From positions 17,413-81,412 of IMG/VR virus record IMGVR_UViG_3300035208_006521: DNA of 64,000 nt, one strand, 5' to 3'. Made by a program: the position numbers and the translations under genes. The stretch comes from a virus (taxonomy: Duplodnaviria; Caudoviricetes). Below, one piece after another: positions 62,424 through 64,000 of this stretch (position 1 is its first letter; each line of letters opens with the position of its first letter). The notes under the pieces are model-generated. The model ran no database searches, was not told the DNA's origin, and saw only the letters and a program-made list of their open reading frames with translations.

Positions 62424-64000
62424 TCAAATATTTTCTAAATCTTTTAACAAAATAAATGCTTTTTTACTTAGGTTGTATTTATGAGCAATAACACTGTTTT
62501 CTTTATTGTATCCTGTCATTAAATAATATTCCCCTTTTTTAAGGAATCCTTTCTTTATTTCCTGAAATATATTGGCGAATACTTTTATTTCCAGTTGATT
62601 ATTCATCCAATCTTTTGCTGATATAAAACACATATCATTGCCATTTTTATCCACCCAATCTTTTATGCTTTCTATCTGGAAACAATAATATTGGTCTTCT
62701 TTTTTATTATTTTCTTGAATGGATACTATTCTCTTTTTATCCGCTAAATATTCTATTTTTCTCCATATATTTTCATCACTGTAAAAAATATTAAAATTAC
62801 ATACCTCGGCTTCTATTTGTATCATTTCTTCTTCTGTCCAATTTCTTATATTTTTATATTTATCCCACATCAATTTCATATCTTGTTTTATTTTTTCTGG
62901 TTTTGCTTTTCTATATTTAGATTTTAAAGGATTCCATTCTTCATAGAATTTATATATAGCCCTCTTATTGTCAAAAAGATTATCAAACGCCCCTGCTTTT
63001 ATAAGGGCCATTATAGAAGTTTTATTAGATTTAAAATTCAATTCTTTTCGGAAGAAATCGGATAAAGATAAAAAGGGTCTGTGTTGTATAATAACTTCAG
63101 AAAGTGATTCACCAATACCTTTTATAAATGTAAGTGGAATTCTTATCTTATTTTTTTCAGGCTCGAACCTACCACTTGATTTATTTATATCTATGGGAAG
63201 AAAATTTACTCCTCTCATTTTAATAAAATTAAAATATTTTGCGGCCTTATTTTCTTTTCTGAAGCCATAATTCTTTTCGGAATTCTCTGCGTGGTTTAAC
63301 AAAGAAGAATAATAAAATAGCGGGAAATATTCTCTCATGTATAATGTTTGCATTGTCACAACACTATATGAAACACTATGGGACTTGTTAAAAGAATATT
63401 CGGCAAACTCGGCTAGCTTATTTATCAATTTATCAACTCTTATTTCCGATATACCTTTTTCCAAGGCCCCTTTCCTGAATCTATCCGCAACCTCTAATAA
63501 TTCCGGGTCTTCTTTCTTGTTCTCCGTTGATGTATTTCTTAAATACAACATCTTAAAAGTTTTTCTGGCTTTGTCCGCTTCTTGTAAAGAAAATCCCCCA
63601 ATTCTATGTAATATTTCTATGAATTGTTCTTGATAAGCAATTATACCATAAGTGGGAGAAAGTATTTCCCTCATTTCTTTACTCTCTCCTTGATAGACTT
63701 TTCCTTGCTCTAATATCTTCTTTCTGTTTTCGAGAAATTTAATATGCTCTCCTGAATTTAATATAGCCGGGCGATACATTGCGTTTATAGCTGATATATC
63801 CTCAAAACAAAATGGCTGTACACTTTTAACATAAGCATCTATTCCCTGATTTTCAAACTGGAACAATCCCATACTTGGATATTTATTTAATGCTTTATAT
63901 AATTTTTTATCTTCTAAATCTATGTTGTCCAGGTCTATCTCTTGTCCCGTATTTTTGAGAGCCATTTCTAAAGCATCCTTTAAAATATTAACCTGATCTA
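62424..64000 (-). CDS. dnaE: DNA polymerase III alpha subunit (family C), C-terminal part; continues beyond the right edge
   Basis: Contains GLFQFE, NAMYRP, TYGIIAYQEQ, YSFNKSHSVSY, PIDINKS, IKGIG. The frame is open to base 64000. Confidence 0.93.
   Translation of the reverse strand, partial: DQVNILKDALEMALKNTGQEIDLDNIDLEDKKLYKALNKYPSMGLFQFENQGIDAYVKSVQPFCFEDISAINAMYRPAILNSGEHIKFLENRKKILEQGKVYQGESKEMREILSPTYGIIAYQEQFIEILHRIGGFSLQEADKARKTFKMLYLRNTSTENKKEDPELLEVADRFRKGALEKGISEIRVDKLINKLAEFAEYSFNKSHSVSYSVVTMQTLYMREYFPLFYYSSLLNHAENSEKNYGFRKENKAAKYFNFIKMRGVNFLPIDINKSSGRFEPEKNKIRIPLTFIKGIGESLSEVIIQHRPFLSLSDFFRKELNFKSNKTSIMALIKAGAFDNLFDNKRAIYKFYEEWNPLKSKYRKAKPEKIKQDMKLMWDKYKNIRNWTEEEMIQIEAEVCNFNIFYSDENIWRKIEYLADKKRIVSIQENNKKEDQYYCFQIESIKDWVDKNGNDMCFISAKDWMNNQLEIKVFANIFQEIKKGFLKKGEYYLMTGYNKENSVIAHKYNLSKKAFILLKDLENI

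Noticed and set aside
874-63633. All plus-strand ORFs in the track (e.g. 7996-8439, 8491-9057, 54477-55046, 60121-60507)
   Set aside because: They lie antisense to well-supported minus-strand genes and have Ser/Phe/Leu-rich shadow composition. The PPGLR repeats at 60121 are the reverse of the acidic LEDED repeat.
1-64000. Stop-codon reassignment
   Set aside because: Core genes are full length in the standard code, and TAA, TAG and TGA all end genes, often overlapping the next start.
49000-64000. Inteins or introns in terL, recA or dnaE
   Set aside because: Protein lengths and motif spacing look uninterrupted, with no C-terminal HN/C splice motif or inserted homing nuclease. The DnaE N-terminus is outside the window.
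1-64000. tRNA, rRNA or integrase genes
   Set aside because: The intergenic gaps are short and AT-rich with no cloverleaf or T-loop signature that I could see, and no recombinase motif was found. A tRNAscan-SE run would be decisive.

Overview
An AT-rich 64-kb segment of a large contractile-tailed (myovirus) dsDNA phage. Essentially all real genes are on the minus strand. I saw no tRNA, CRISPR array, integrase or reverse transcriptase. Read in transcription direction (right to left) the window has five blocks. (1) Replication, recombination and nucleotide genes: DnaE-type polymerase (partial), two ThyX-fold genes, SSB, RecA/UvsX, SbcCD-like nuclease, resolvase and 5'-3' exonuclease. (2) DNA packaging genes: terminase small and large subunits, portal and MuF. 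(3) Small accessory genes, including a degenerate thymidylate-synthase-fold gene, dTMP kinase, a stand-alone LigA-Ia domain and an Acb2/Tad1-hairpin-like protein. (4) A ~13-kb accessory array (24.4-37.8 kb). (5) A Twort/SPO1-like head, neck, tail and baseplate module with an embedded lysis pair. The most striking signal is block 4. Its otherwise unrelated proteins share short N-terminal leaders that end in the same hydrophobic-x-K-[A/S] motif found at the predicted capsid maturation site. Most of these leaders are followed by one of two conserved ~20-aa modules. The leaders are fused to varied payloads: a PARP-like ADP-ribosyltransferase, an ART-like plus HAD nucleotidase fusion, and an InPase plus SNF2 polyvalent protein. 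A class-3 lipase and a ferritin-like gene lie among them without leaders. I infer a modular, protease-processed capsid-cargo (injected effector) system, with exact 24-26 bp repeats as traces of module shuffling. All functional calls come from motif recognition by eye; no database searches were run.
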